A program made the position numbers and the translations under genes. From the IMG/VR virus record IMGVR_UViG_3300043672_000021, positions 1-53,871 of that record: a stretch of 53,871 bases of DNA. The stretch is one strand, 5' to 3'. This document shows positions 45,183 through 53,871 of this stretch, piece after piece. The notes beneath the pieces were generated by a model. That model was not told where the DNA came from. It ran no database searches and saw only the letters and a list, made by a program, of their open reading frames with translations. The DNA is from a virus (taxonomy: Duplodnaviria; Caudoviricetes). Position 1 is the stretch's first letter. Each line of letters starts with the position of its first letter.

Positions 45183-45568
45183 TGGGCGACATCGAGGGCG
45201 AAGCCCGGTGCCTACGCGGCGGCGGGTGCGGCGCGACCGTGCGTTGGGTGCTGACCGTCAATCACCGGCGTCTCGACCTCGATGTTGCCCCCAGCCCGCA
45301 CGGCAACGTGATCATCCGCGACCTCGGCGACGGCCGGATCCGCGCCGAGGTCCTCACCGGCGACCGGATGCCCGCCCAGCAGGAGGCATTCCGGATGCAC
45401 AGGTGCCCACCCACGCGCGAGCGGCCCGGGCCACCGTGCCACGGCTGCCACCTACCTATGCCCCGCGAACTCGCCATCAAAGAGCAATGGACACACCACC
45501 CCGGATGCGAACCCGGCTTCCAGCTCCGATTGGCCCAAGACCGGCTCAAGGAAAGGAACCCACGGTGA
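45182..45568 (+). CDS. Cys-rich hypothetical protein
   Basis: CGATVRW, GNV, H.CP, CHGC. Confidence 0.7.
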   Translation: MGDIEGEARCLRGGGCGATVRWVLTVNHRRLDLDVAPSPHGNVIIRDLGDGRIRAEVLTGDRMPAQQEAFRMHRCPPTRERPGPPCHGCHLPMPRELAIKEQWTHHPGCEPGFQLRLAQDRLKERNPR

Positions 45569-45987
45569 CGCAACTGGACCTGCTCGCCCTCCTCACCGCA
45601 CCCGCGCCGGCCGACCCCACCGTTGAGGTCATCGCCCGGTGGCTCGGCCCGCACGGCCTCAACCGCGTCGTCCGCGCCCTCGGGACGCCGAACATCGACT
45701 GGGTCCGCCGTGACCTCGCCCACCAGCACGACCGCAGCTGTGGCGGCCCCGGGCATCGCCTGCGTGGCAGCGCGACCGGGATCGTCGTCGAGCAGTGGTT
45801 CGGCGCCGAACCGTTCAAGGTCACCTGGAACCGGATGTTCGCTGTCATCCGGGCTCGCACCACACCGGAGCTGGCAGAGGCCCTCGGCGCCGTCTGCGCC
45901 GGGTTCGCCGGCGGAATCACCCCGAGACAGCAGGCCGCGGCCGACGTGATCCTGCCGAGCCACCAGTACTCGAGGGTGGGCCGGTGA
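45565..45987 (+). CDS. Hypothetical protein
   Basis: GAAAGG RBS; QLDLL N-terminus. Confidence 0.65.
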   Translation: MTQLDLLALLTAPAPADPTVEVIARWLGPHGLNRVVRALGTPNIDWVRRDLAHQHDRSCGGPGHRLRGSATGIVVEQWFGAEPFKVTWNRMFAVIRARTTPELAEALGAVCAGFAGGITPRQQAAADVILPSHQYSRVGR

Positions 45988-46316
45988 GCGTCGTGAGCGG
46001 CCCCGGGGCCACCGACTGGACACCCGGCAGGGGTGACTACGGCGCCGACAACGTCGGCGACATGATCGCCATCGTCGAAGAGCACAACTGCGCGCACGGG
46101 TGCACGCGTGCCGGCACCAGGAAGCAGCAGCGCGATGCCGGTGGGCCCGGCGGGTTCTGCTCGATCCTCGCCCGTCTGGTCTGCGAAGAGGTCATGCCCG
46201 AGATGGACCCGCGCGAGGACGGCCCGCACTGCCGGGAGCGGATCCCGCTACCCCCGAAACCCGAACGCGCACCCCGACGACGGCCGGCGCCGGCCGGGAT
46301 GGAGCCGATGCTGTGA
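45984..46316 (+). CDS. Hypothetical Cys-containing protein
   Basis: GTGA overlaps both sides. Confidence 0.6.
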   Translation: MSVVSGPGATDWTPGRGDYGADNVGDMIAIVEEHNCAHGCTRAGTRKQQRDAGGPGGFCSILARLVCEEVMPEMDPREDGPHCRERIPLPPKPERAPRRRPAPAGMEPML

Positions 46317-47623
46317 GCTACACCGACTTCCTGGCATCCAAGCGTCGGATGCCGCCGGCGTTCGGGATCGACTGCTCGCCGGCCGACGTCGACGACCGGC
46401 TGTTCGAGTTCCAGCGGTACGTCGCTGCATGGGCGGTGCGCCGCGGCCGGGCCGCGGTCTGGGCTGACACAGGCCTGGGCAAGACCCGGATCCAGGTCGA
46501 GTGGGCCCGGCTGATCCTCGCCGGCCACCGCGGCGTCATCCTCGCCCCGCTGGCCGTGGCTGCACAGACCGTCCGTGAGGCCGCCCGGATCGGCGTCGAG
46601 ATCTCCTACGTCCGCGACCAGGCCGAAGCCGACACCGCGCAAACGGCCGTTTGCATCACCAACTACGAGCGACTGCACCTGTTCACCCCGGACGCCTTCA
46701 CCGCGGTGGTGCTCGACGAGTCGTCCGTCATCAAGGACGTCACCACCAAGACCCGCGACGCCGTCATCGCCGCATTCCAGCGCACCCCCTACCGCCTGGC
46801 GTGCACCGCGACGCCGGCGCCGAACGACGTCGCCGAGCTCGCCAACCACGCCGAGTTCCTCGGTGTCGCCACCCGCGCGCAGATGCTCAGCATGTACTTC
46901 ACCCACGACGACGACGGCTGGCGTCTCAAGGGCCACGCCGCCGACGCGTTCTGGCGGTGGGTTGCGACCTGGGCGGTAGCGCTGCGCAAGCCCTCCGACC
47001 TCGGGTTCGCCGACGACGGGTACAACCTGCCGCCCCTGACGATCACCCCACACCTGCTCGACGTCGACGCCACACCTCATGACCAGCTGTTCGCCACCGA
47101 CCTCGGCGGCGTCGGTGGCCGGGCCAAGGTCCGCCGGGCCACGCTGGCCGACCGGTGCGCGAAGGCAGCCGAGCTCGTCGACGCGGAGCCGGCCGAGCCG
47201 TGGCTGCTGTGGGTCGGCATGAACGACGAAGCCCACGAGCTCACCGAACTGATCCCGAAGGCCGTCAACGTCCATGGCTCAATGGCCCCGGAGGAGAAAG
47301 CCGAACTGATGCTGGCGTTCACGGACGGGCAGATCCAGCACCTGATCACCAAGCCGTCGATCGCCGGGTTCGGGATGAACTGGCAGCACTGCGCGCGGAT
47401 GGCGTTCGTTGGGCTCGGCGACTCCTACGAGCAGTACTACCAGTCGATCCGCCGCTGCTACCGGTTCGGCCAGGACCGGCCCGTCGGTGTGCACATCGTG
47501 CTGTCCGAACTCGAAGGGCAGATCGCCGCGAACGTCGCTCGCAAGGAACGGCAGGCCTCCCGCGCCCACGACCAGCTGATCGCGCACATGCGCCGCGCAC
47601 ACTCCATGGAAGAGGCCTCATGA
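46313..47623 (+). CDS. SF2 (SNF2-like) helicase
   Basis: DTGLGKT, VLDESS, TATPAPN, GMNWQ, QSIRRCYRFGQ. Confidence 0.92.
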   Translation: MSYTDFLASKRRMPPAFGIDCSPADVDDRLFEFQRYVAAWAVRRGRAAVWADTGLGKTRIQVEWARLILAGHRGVILAPLAVAAQTVREAARIGVEISYVRDQAEADTAQTAVCITNYERLHLFTPDAFTAVVLDESSVIKDVTTKTRDAVIAAFQRTPYRLACTATPAPNDVAELANHAEFLGVATRAQMLSMYFTHDDDGWRLKGHAADAFWRWVATWAVALRKPSDLGFADDGYNLPPLTITPHLLDVDATPHDQLFATDLGGVGGRAKVRRATLADRCAKAAELVDAEPAEPWLLWVGMNDEAHELTELIPKAVNVHGSMAPEEKAELMLAFTDGQIQHLITKPSIAGFGMNWQHCARMAFVGLGDSYEQYYQSIRRCYRFGQDRPVGVHIVLSELEGQIAANVARKERQASRAHDQLIAHMRRAHSMEEAS

Positions 47624-48504
47624 ACCCCGACGACGACTACCAGACCGACGAGGCCTCAGGGGCATCCTGGCGCCTCATGCTCGGCGACTCCTGCGAGCGG
47701 CTGGCCGAGATCGACGCCGACTCGATCGGCCTGTCGGTCTGCTCACCGCCGTTCGCTCAGCTGTACGCCTACAGCCCCTCCGCCCGGGACCTGTCGAACT
47801 CCCGCGACCGGGCCGAGTTCTTCGCCCACTACGCGTTCATCATCCGCGAGCAGCTGCGGGTCACGATGCCCGGCCGGCTCGCCGCGATCCACGTCCAGCA
47901 GATCACCCTGCAGAAGGTGATGCACGGACACATGGGCCTCACCGACTTCCGCGGCGAGGTCATCAAGGCATTCCAGGACGAGGGCTGGATCTTCCACGGC
48001 GAGGTCACCGTCTCGAAAGACCCCCAGGCGCAGGCCATCCGGACGAAGGCACACAGCTTGCTGTTCGTCACCAAGGACCGAGACTCCGTCGGGTTGCGAC
48101 CGGCGCTGGCCGACTACCTGCTGCTGTTCAAGAAACCCGGCGACAACGAGGTCCCGGTCAAGACTGACGTCAGCAACGAGGAGTGGATCAAGTGGGCCTC
48201 ACCGGTGTGGCTGGACATCCACGAGACGAACACCCTCAACGCCCGGGCCGCGCGCTCCGAGGCCGACGAGCGGCACATCGCGCCGCTGCAACTCGACTTC
48301 ATCGAGCGGTGCGTGCGGCTCTACAGCAACCCCGGGGAGTTGGTCCTGTCGCCGTTCGCCGGCATCGGGTCCGAGGGGTACGTGGCGATCAAGTACGGCC
48401 GACGGTTCGTCGGGTGCGAGCTGAAACCCGAGTACTGGCGACAGGCGTGCAAGAACCTCGCCGCCATCGAGGCCGAGGCTTCGGCGGAAATGCTGTTCAC
48501 GTGA
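47620..48504 (+). CDS. DNA N4-C/N6-A methyltransferase (beta class)
   Basis: Catalytic SPPF precedes SAM-binding LSPFAGIGS; GCELKPEY. Confidence 0.92.
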   Translation: MNPDDDYQTDEASGASWRLMLGDSCERLAEIDADSIGLSVCSPPFAQLYAYSPSARDLSNSRDRAEFFAHYAFIIREQLRVTMPGRLAAIHVQQITLQKVMHGHMGLTDFRGEVIKAFQDEGWIFHGEVTVSKDPQAQAIRTKAHSLLFVTKDRDSVGLRPALADYLLLFKKPGDNEVPVKTDVSNEEWIKWASPVWLDIHETNTLNARAARSEADERHIAPLQLDFIERCVRLYSNPGELVLSPFAGIGSEGYVAIKYGRRFVGCELKPEYWRQACKNLAAIEAEASAEMLFT

Positions 48505-48941
48505 CCGATGTCGACGAGCTGCTGCTCGACACCCCCGCGACCCGCCCGTGCACGCACCCGCGGGCGAAGCACCAGCACGGCACCTACATGGCGTACAAGT
48601 CCGACCGGTGCCGGTGCCGGGCCTGCGCTGAAGCGAAAGGCGTCTACGAGCGGGACCGATACCGACGGATCGCCTACGGCCGGTGGCAGGCCTACGCCGA
48701 CGCCACCGAGGTCCGCGCGCACGTCGAGGCACTGATGCGCGCCGGCATGGGCTGGCGGTCGGTCGCCGCCCGCGCCGACGTCCACCACGAGACCGTAAAA
48801 CGCCTCCTGTACGGCAACGAAACCACCGACGGACCCGCCACCCGGGTCCGCAACAGCACCGCCCGCAAGCTGCTCGCCGTCCAGGCGGACCGCCGTAGAA
48901 CGCCTCCAGCGCCAGACCTACTCACCGAGGCGACCACGTGA
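48501..48941 (+). CDS. Zn-finger + HTH protein
   Basis: HGT...CRCRAC; VRAHVEALMRAGMGWRSVA. Confidence 0.75.
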   Translation: MTDVDELLLDTPATRPCTHPRAKHQHGTYMAYKSDRCRCRACAEAKGVYERDRYRRIAYGRWQAYADATEVRAHVEALMRAGMGWRSVAARADVHHETVKRLLYGNETTDGPATRVRNSTARKLLAVQADRRRTPPAPDLLTEATT

Positions 48942-48998
48942 TGACGAAGGAGACCAGATGGCCCCGATATGCACACCCAGCGCGAAGGTTCGCATTCG

Positions 48999-49340
48999 GT
49001 GAGCTGGTTCAAGGTGGACGACGGATTCGCCTTCCACTCCAAGACCCTCGCCGCCGGGAACGCGGCGGTCGGCATGTGGGTGCGAGCCGGGTCCTGGTCC
49101 TCCCAGCAGCTCACCGACGGCATGGTGCCGCTCAGCATCGCGCGCCAGCTCGGCCCGAAGAGTCAGACGAATTCGCTCGTCGAGGCCGGTCTGTGGGTGC
49201 CGGCCGGCGGTGGGTTCGAGTTCCACCAGTGGTCGACCGGTGGGCGGAACCCGACCCGGGCCCAGGTCGAGGCCAAGCGAGTCAAGGACGCCGAGCGGCT
49301 GCGGAGGTGGCGCGAAGATCAAGACAAGAAGCGCGGCTGA
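48999..49340 (+). CDS. Replication initiator N-terminal domain (short)
   Basis: WFKVDD.F..H.K...GNAAVGMW..AGSW...QLTDG.VP, LVEAGLW, FHQW. Confidence 0.75.
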   Translation: MSWFKVDDGFAFHSKTLAAGNAAVGMWVRAGSWSSQQLTDGMVPLSIARQLGPKSQTNSLVEAGLWVPAGGGFEFHQWSTGGRNPTRAQVEAKRVKDAERLRRWREDQDKKRG

Positions 49341-49604
49341 ACGCCTCGTGTAACAGCGTTTCAGGCTCGCGTGTAACAGCGTCCGTGAAACGCTGCCCCC
49401 GACCGGACCCGTCCCGTCCCGTCCATAACCCCCTACCCCCTTCGCTCCGCTCCGGGGCTGGGGGTTGGAACCCCTCGCCTCCGCTTCGCTCCGGCAATCG
49501 GGGTTCTTTGAAGTTCAAAATCAATTGGTGGAAAGTCAAACGTCAATCGTCACTTTAGTTACGCGCGGAATTCCGAAACAATTGGAAGGACTGACACTTT
49601 CGCC
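49341..49604. other. Candidate replication origin
   Basis: CGTGTAACAGCGT x2 (49347, 49370), inverted partial copy at 49385, CTTCGCTCCG x2, followed by an AT-rich tract at about 49500-49600. Confidence 0.55.
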
Positions 49605-50246
49605 ATGATGAATGACCGCGAATTGACGCGGCTCGCCGATATGGGCGCCGCATTGCGCCCAGACTGGAATGCCCGCAATCTCCGGGCATTCTTCCAAAAC
49701 AATCTCACCGCCAGGTCATTCGCTGATTCCGCCGTGGCCCTCGCCGCGATCGCCGCCGACGAAACCCAGCGAACCCCCCGACTCCTGGCCGAGCACGGCC
49801 CGTGGTGGACCGCCGCCGAGGTAGCGTTCCGCCGCACCGGGGCCACCTCCCGGATCGGCCCGGACCCCGACGCCGAACGCTGCCGGTACGCCGGCCACGA
49901 ACACGAGGAAGCCGACCGATGCCGGGCCTGCGCCGCCGAACGCGCCGTCGGTGACATCCCCGAACCGCGGTCGGACGCCGCCCCCGCCCCGGCCGGGATC
50001 GTCGCGGTAGCCGAACGCCACCGCGCCCAGGCCCGCGCCGTCCCGGGCCAACGGCGGTTCGCGCAACCAGCCGAACTGCGCCCCGCCGACCACCTGGCCG
50101 GCACCACCTGCATCCGCTGCCGTACCTCCGGCGCGAACTGCGCCCGCTGCCGAGGGTTCTTCATCGACGACCAAGACGGGCACAACGCACACCACGCGGT
50201 GTTCGGCCACGTGCCGGCCACCCTCGAAACCAGGACGGCGCCATGA
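49605..50246 (+). CDS. Replication-region protein
   Basis: AALRPDW, TP.LL...GPWW, C...H...CRAC; follows initiator. Confidence 0.75.
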   Translation: MMNDRELTRLADMGAALRPDWNARNLRAFFQNNLTARSFADSAVALAAIAADETQRTPRLLAEHGPWWTAAEVAFRRTGATSRIGPDPDAERCRYAGHEHEEADRCRACAAERAVGDIPEPRSDAAPAPAGIVAVAERHRAQARAVPGQRRFAQPAELRPADHLAGTTCIRCRTSGANCARCRGFFIDDQDGHNAHHAVFGHVPATLETRTAP

Positions 50247-50599
50247 CGAATCACGACCCCGAAGCCCGCGCCCGAGCCCTCGGCATCACCCTCCTCGAAA
50301 CCTGGGACTACGACACCGCCCGCGCCGGAACCGTCGAACGAATGAAGGCCATGCGCACCGAGAACCCGCCGCTGTGGCGGGCCGCCCGCGCGCTGGCGTT
50401 CGACCTGCGCGCAGAGCTCGGCGAGGACCTGCCCGGGATCCCGGCCGAGCTCGTCGAGCAGACCACCATCACCGTCCTGGCAAAGGTCCTCGCAATGGCC
50501 ATCGGCATGGGCGCCGACCCCACCCCGGTGATCAATGCCGGATCGATCGCCTCACTCGCCGTCCTGGACGAGTTCTGGACGAAACCAGGCCCGGCATGA
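50243..50599 (+). CDS. Hypothetical protein
   Basis: ATGA overlaps. Confidence 0.65.
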   Translation: MTNHDPEARARALGITLLETWDYDTARAGTVERMKAMRTENPPLWRAARALAFDLRAELGEDLPGIPAELVEQTTITVLAKVLAMAIGMGADPTPVINAGSIASLAVLDEFWTKPGPA

Positions 50600-50949
50600 C
50601 CCCCGCCGAGCACGCCGCCCTCCCGGACCGCGAACGCCTCGCCAAGACCCTCCTGGCCCGCGTCCACAGCGAACGCGGCCCCACCGCCTACGTCCCGAAA
50701 ACCGAGCTCTACACCTACGTCACGGCCGCTGAGGACACCATCGAGCAGCAGGCCAAGGCGTTGGTCGCTGACATGGAGGAGTTCGGCCGCCAGGTCGAGC
50801 ACGGCAGCGCGCTCATGGCGGACATCGAACGCCTCCGCACCGAGAACACGTCCCTACGCCGACTCGCGGCCGCCGCCGTCAACGCCGCCCAACTCGGCGA
50901 CCGCGTGAGCATCGAAACCATCCGCCAAGCCCTGGAGCGCACCACATGA
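50596..50949 (+). CDS. Coiled-coil hypothetical protein
   Basis: ATGA overlaps; LMADIERLR. Confidence 0.65.
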   Translation: MTPAEHAALPDRERLAKTLLARVHSERGPTAYVPKTELYTYVTAAEDTIEQQAKALVADMEEFGRQVEHGSALMADIERLRTENTSLRRLAAAAVNAAQLGDRVSIETIRQALERTT

Positions 50950-51539
50950 CCGCCGTCGTCTTCCTCGACACCGAAACCACCGGCCTGCACCCGATCACCG
51001 ATCACATCTGGGAGGTGGCCGCCCTCCGAGTCGAGGAGGGCAAGCCGGACGAGTCGTACGTTCAGTTCGTTGACCACGCTCCGCCCGGCGTCGAGTACCT
51101 CGGAACCAAGTTCGCTGACGACTACAAGGCCCGATATGACCCGCTTGCCGCGCAGTCCCGGGCCAACGTCGTCACTGACCTGCGGCACATCTTCCGGGGC
51201 CGTGCTCACCTGGTCGGCGCCGTCCCGTCCTTCGACGCCGAACGCCTCGGAGTGATGCGACGTCTCGCCGCGAGCAACGAGCCCGACCCGTGGCACTACC
51301 ACCTGATCGACGTCGAAGCCCTGGCGGTCGGGTACCTGCGAGGCAAGCTCGCTAGCGACGGCCCGACGTGGGGCTACATGCATGCGTCATCGGTGGCCGA
51401 CGTCGTGCACACCCTGCCCTGGGACTCCAACGAGCTCTCCAACGCCGTCGGCGTCGATCCGGAGCAGTTCGCCCGGCACACCGCGATGGGCGACGTGCTC
51501 TGGGTCAAGGCGATCTACGACGCGGTGATGAACCCGTGA
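50946..51539 (+). CDS. DnaQ-like DEDDh 3'-5' exonuclease
   Basis: FLDTETTGL, PSFD, HTAMGD. Confidence 0.9.
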   Translation: MTAVVFLDTETTGLHPITDHIWEVAALRVEEGKPDESYVQFVDHAPPGVEYLGTKFADDYKARYDPLAAQSRANVVTDLRHIFRGRAHLVGAVPSFDAERLGVMRRLAASNEPDPWHYHLIDVEALAVGYLRGKLASDGPTWGYMHASSVADVVHTLPWDSNELSNAVGVDPEQFARHTAMGDVLWVKAIYDAVMNP

Positions 51540-51847
51540 GTCCCGCCGTCAGTGACCTGATGTGGGCCACGCTCGTGATCGTCACCTGGGCGGCCTTCTG
51601 GGTGATCGACAAGCGCCAGCCATGGTCCGCTCGAACCCTGACCTTCTGGGCAGCGTGGTACGCCAACCTGGCCATCACCAACATGGCGTTCGGGTTCTGG
51701 TTGTGCACCACGCTGGCAGACGGCGGATTCGCCGCCTGGTGCGGCTACCACGCGTGGAAGCGCCGTAAACCCCGCCAGCGCAAGCCGTCCAAGGTCGGCG
51801 CGCGGGTGCGGGATCTCGGGCACCGGCTGGTTGTGAGTGCGACGTGA
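51536..51847 (+). CDS. Membrane protein
   Basis: Multiple hydrophobic segments, basic C-tail. Confidence 0.65.
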   Translation: MSPAVSDLMWATLVIVTWAAFWVIDKRQPWSARTLTFWAAWYANLAITNMAFGFWLCTTLADGGFAAWCGYHAWKRRKPRQRKPSKVGARVRDLGHRLVVSAT

Positions 51848-52272
51848 GCAGGCTGATGTCCGTGGCACTGACCGAGCAGGCGGTCGTCGAGCGCCGCAAG
51901 ACCGTCACCCGCCGCCTCGGCTGGTGGGAGGACAAGAACGGCCGCCGGATCCTCAAGCCTGGTGACCAGCTCACACTGTGTCGGAAGGTTATGGGCCGAA
52001 AGCCCGGCGAGCCGCTGGTTCGGCTCGCTGAGGTCGAGGTGGTCAACATCCGCAGGGAACGCCTCGACGCGATCACCCCGGACGACGTCCGCCGCGAGGG
52101 CTTCGGCCTGGTGCCCTTCAACCACCCGTCCGACGCCCGATGGTTCATCGAGTTCTTCACACGCGAGATGCGCTGCGCCCCATACGCGTTGGTCACCCGC
52201 ATCGAGTGGCGTTACCTGGAGCCCGAGCTGCACCCGACCCGACGTGATCTCGACCGGATGGAGGGCCCGTGA
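51844..52272 (+). CDS. ASCH/PUA-domain protein
   Basis: KTVTRR, LKPGD, ERLDAIT..DV.REGF, VTRIEW. Confidence 0.85.
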   Translation: MSRLMSVALTEQAVVERRKTVTRRLGWWEDKNGRRILKPGDQLTLCRKVMGRKPGEPLVRLAEVEVVNIRRERLDAITPDDVRREGFGLVPFNHPSDARWFIEFFTREMRCAPYALVTRIEWRYLEPELHPTRRDLDRMEGP

Positions 52273-52682
52273 TGGAAACGGCCTACGACTACGACGTGTT
52301 GGCGATCCGCGCCCGCCTCGGGCGCGACCGCTGGGGCCCACCCATCGCCCGACCGATCACCGGACCGTCCGGGGCATCGTTCGTCCGCTCCGACCGCAAA
52401 CGCTCGATCATCGTCACCTCATCCGACCTCGGACCCGACATCGGCGACGGCCACACCTGGTTGCACGCCTCCATCAGCGCCCACCCCGACGGCGCACCCG
52501 TCCCCGAATACGCCGAGCTCGCCCACCTGCGGTACGCCGTCTGGGGCGAGCACGGATGGGCGTTCCAGGTGTTCGCGCCGGCCGCGAGCCACGTCAACAT
52601 CCGGGTCAACGCGTTGCATTTGTGGGGCAGGCTGGACGGCGCCCGGATCCACCCCGACTTCGGCTGGGCAGGCACGATCTGA
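52269..52682 (+). CDS. Conserved phage protein
   Basis: WLHASIS, P.Y.EL, HVNI..NALHLW. Confidence 0.75.
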   Translation: MMETAYDYDVLAIRARLGRDRWGPPIARPITGPSGASFVRSDRKRSIIVTSSDLGPDIGDGHTWLHASISAHPDGAPVPEYAELAHLRYAVWGEHGWAFQVFAPAASHVNIRVNALHLWGRLDGARIHPDFGWAGTI

Positions 52683-52912
52683 TGGCCCCCGACGCACACC
52701 CCGCGCTGTTCCTGTTCCTGCCGGTGATCGTGTTCGCGACGCTCGCCATCCTGAGCGCCATGGCCAGATGGTTCGCCGGACGCGTCGTCGATGGCCCCAA
52801 GCCGACGTGGTGGTTCGGCCCGGCCGTGGTCACCGTCATGTTGATGATCGCGCTGAGCGGCGTCTTCGCTCTCGCGGTCACCATGGCCTACGCGACTGGT
52901 GGCCAGCCGTGA
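52682..52912 (+). CDS. Small 2-TM membrane protein
   Basis: TGATG overlap; two hydrophobic helices. Confidence 0.65.
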   Translation: MAPDAHPALFLFLPVIVFATLAILSAMARWFAGRVVDGPKPTWWFGPAVVTVMLMIALSGVFALAVTMAYATGGQP

Positions 52913-53736
52913 CCGAGGACCTCTGCGCCGTCGGCGACCAGCGCCCCGCCAGCCTCGGCCTGCTCTGCACGGAGCACGGCGTCCGCCTGGCCGACCACTA
53001 CGGCGCCCGCGAAGGCCTCGGCGACGACGGCCGGATCCACCACGGCCTCCCGTGGATGTGGGACAACCTCCAGGTCGCCTACCCGAGCCTGAGCGGTCAG
53101 GCCGGCAACGCCGGCAAGTCCGACATCGACGACCCCGAAGCCCAGAAGCTGGCCGCCGTCATCGACCTGCGCCGGGACATCGAACACCACCTGGTGATCA
53201 CCGCCCGCGAGCTGGCTGAGGACATCGGGCGCAGCGGCCCCGATCTGGCCACCACGGCCCGCCTGCGCGTCCAGCGGGCCGCCCGGTGGCTGGTGGCCAA
53301 CCTGGAGCCGCTACGGGCCGCACAGGGCGCCAGGGCGACAGAGGAGGACCTGCGCGCGGCCAGCCTGGCGGCCACGAGGCAGTTCTACGAGGACAACGGG
53401 CTTGAGTGGGACATAGCGCCCGGGGCGATCATCCAGGGCTCGTTCATCACCGAGGCCATCGACGCCGCCCACGCTGGCGCCAAAGCCGAGGCCGTGCGCG
53501 CCCTGCTGGCCGAGGCCGACGACCTGGCATCGCGAGCGCACGCGCTGGCTCCGTGGCGGGAGGCGCCGACGCGGATCGAGGGTGTCCCGTGCCGGTGCGG
53601 GGCGGTGGGGACGATCCACGACTTCGGGGACGTGCGGAAGTGCGGGCGGTGCGGGGCGTCGTTCGATGAGCTCCATTGGGCCGCCTTGACCAAGGCCATG
53701 GCCCACCGATTCAGCGAGGAAGGACAGACGGCATGA
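52909..53736 (+). CDS. Zn-ribbon protein, putative late-gene regulator
   Basis: LCTEH, AARWL, PCRCG...CGRCG; position at end of early region. Confidence 0.7.
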   Translation: MTEDLCAVGDQRPASLGLLCTEHGVRLADHYGAREGLGDDGRIHHGLPWMWDNLQVAYPSLSGQAGNAGKSDIDDPEAQKLAAVIDLRRDIEHHLVITARELAEDIGRSGPDLATTARLRVQRAARWLVANLEPLRAAQGARATEEDLRAASLAATRQFYEDNGLEWDIAPGAIIQGSFITEAIDAAHAGAKAEAVRALLAEADDLASRAHALAPWREAPTRIEGVPCRCGAVGTIHDFGDVRKCGRCGASFDELHWAALTKAMAHRFSEEGQTA

Positions 53737-53871
53737 CGTGGATAGAGTTCATCGACCAGCACTTCTGGGCGCTCTGGTGGCTGTCGCTGATCGCCATGGG
53801 CGCCACGGTGGAGGCGATCTTCGTGTGGCGCAAGCGATGAGCGCCGATCGTTGCGAGCTGGCCACCGATGA
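53615..53871. repeat. Right copy of terminal overlap
   Basis: Aligns to 1-257. Confidence 0.95.
53733..53840 (+). CDS. Small membrane protein (second copy, MTWIEF...)
   Basis: Same gene as 119-226, inside terminal overlap, P4 replaced by I. Confidence 0.65.
   Translation: MTWIEFIDQHFWALWWLSLIAMGATVEAIFVWRKR

Overview
This window is essentially one complete genome of a high-GC (roughly 70% by eye) actinobacterial siphovirus, linearised from a circle. The unit length is about 53,614 bp, because bases 1-257 recur at 53615-53871. The last 127 bp of that overlap are identical, while the first 130 bp differ at 14 positions. Gene order on the + strand is: end of the early region and small genes (1-1913), HNH, candidate cos, TerS, TerL, HK97-type portal, protease and major capsid (2056-8219). 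Next comes an unusual ~7 kb insert inside the head module: a double GT-A glycosyltransferase, a SAM methyltransferase, an SGNH hydrolase and a Pro/Thr repeat fibre-like protein. Connector and tail genes follow, with a C CCA AAA -1 frameshifted tail chaperone and a tape measure carrying NlpC/P60. The lysis region is bracketed by a signal-peptide GDPD and a GH26 hydrolase. A short leftward control region (29.6-31.7 kb) has both XRE repressor-like genes broken by single-base insertions, and I see no integrase or ParAB anywhere. A long rightward early operon encodes Cro, a non-canonical tRNA-like RNA with an 8-nt anticodon loop, a DUF6745-type protein with 30 x 12-bp repeats plus its partner, WhiB, RecE-like exonuclease, LuxR, RusA, an SF2 helicase-DNA methyltransferase pair, a replication initiator fragment with candidate origin, a DnaQ-like exonuclease and ASCH. 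All family calls come from motif recognition by eye; no database searches were run.
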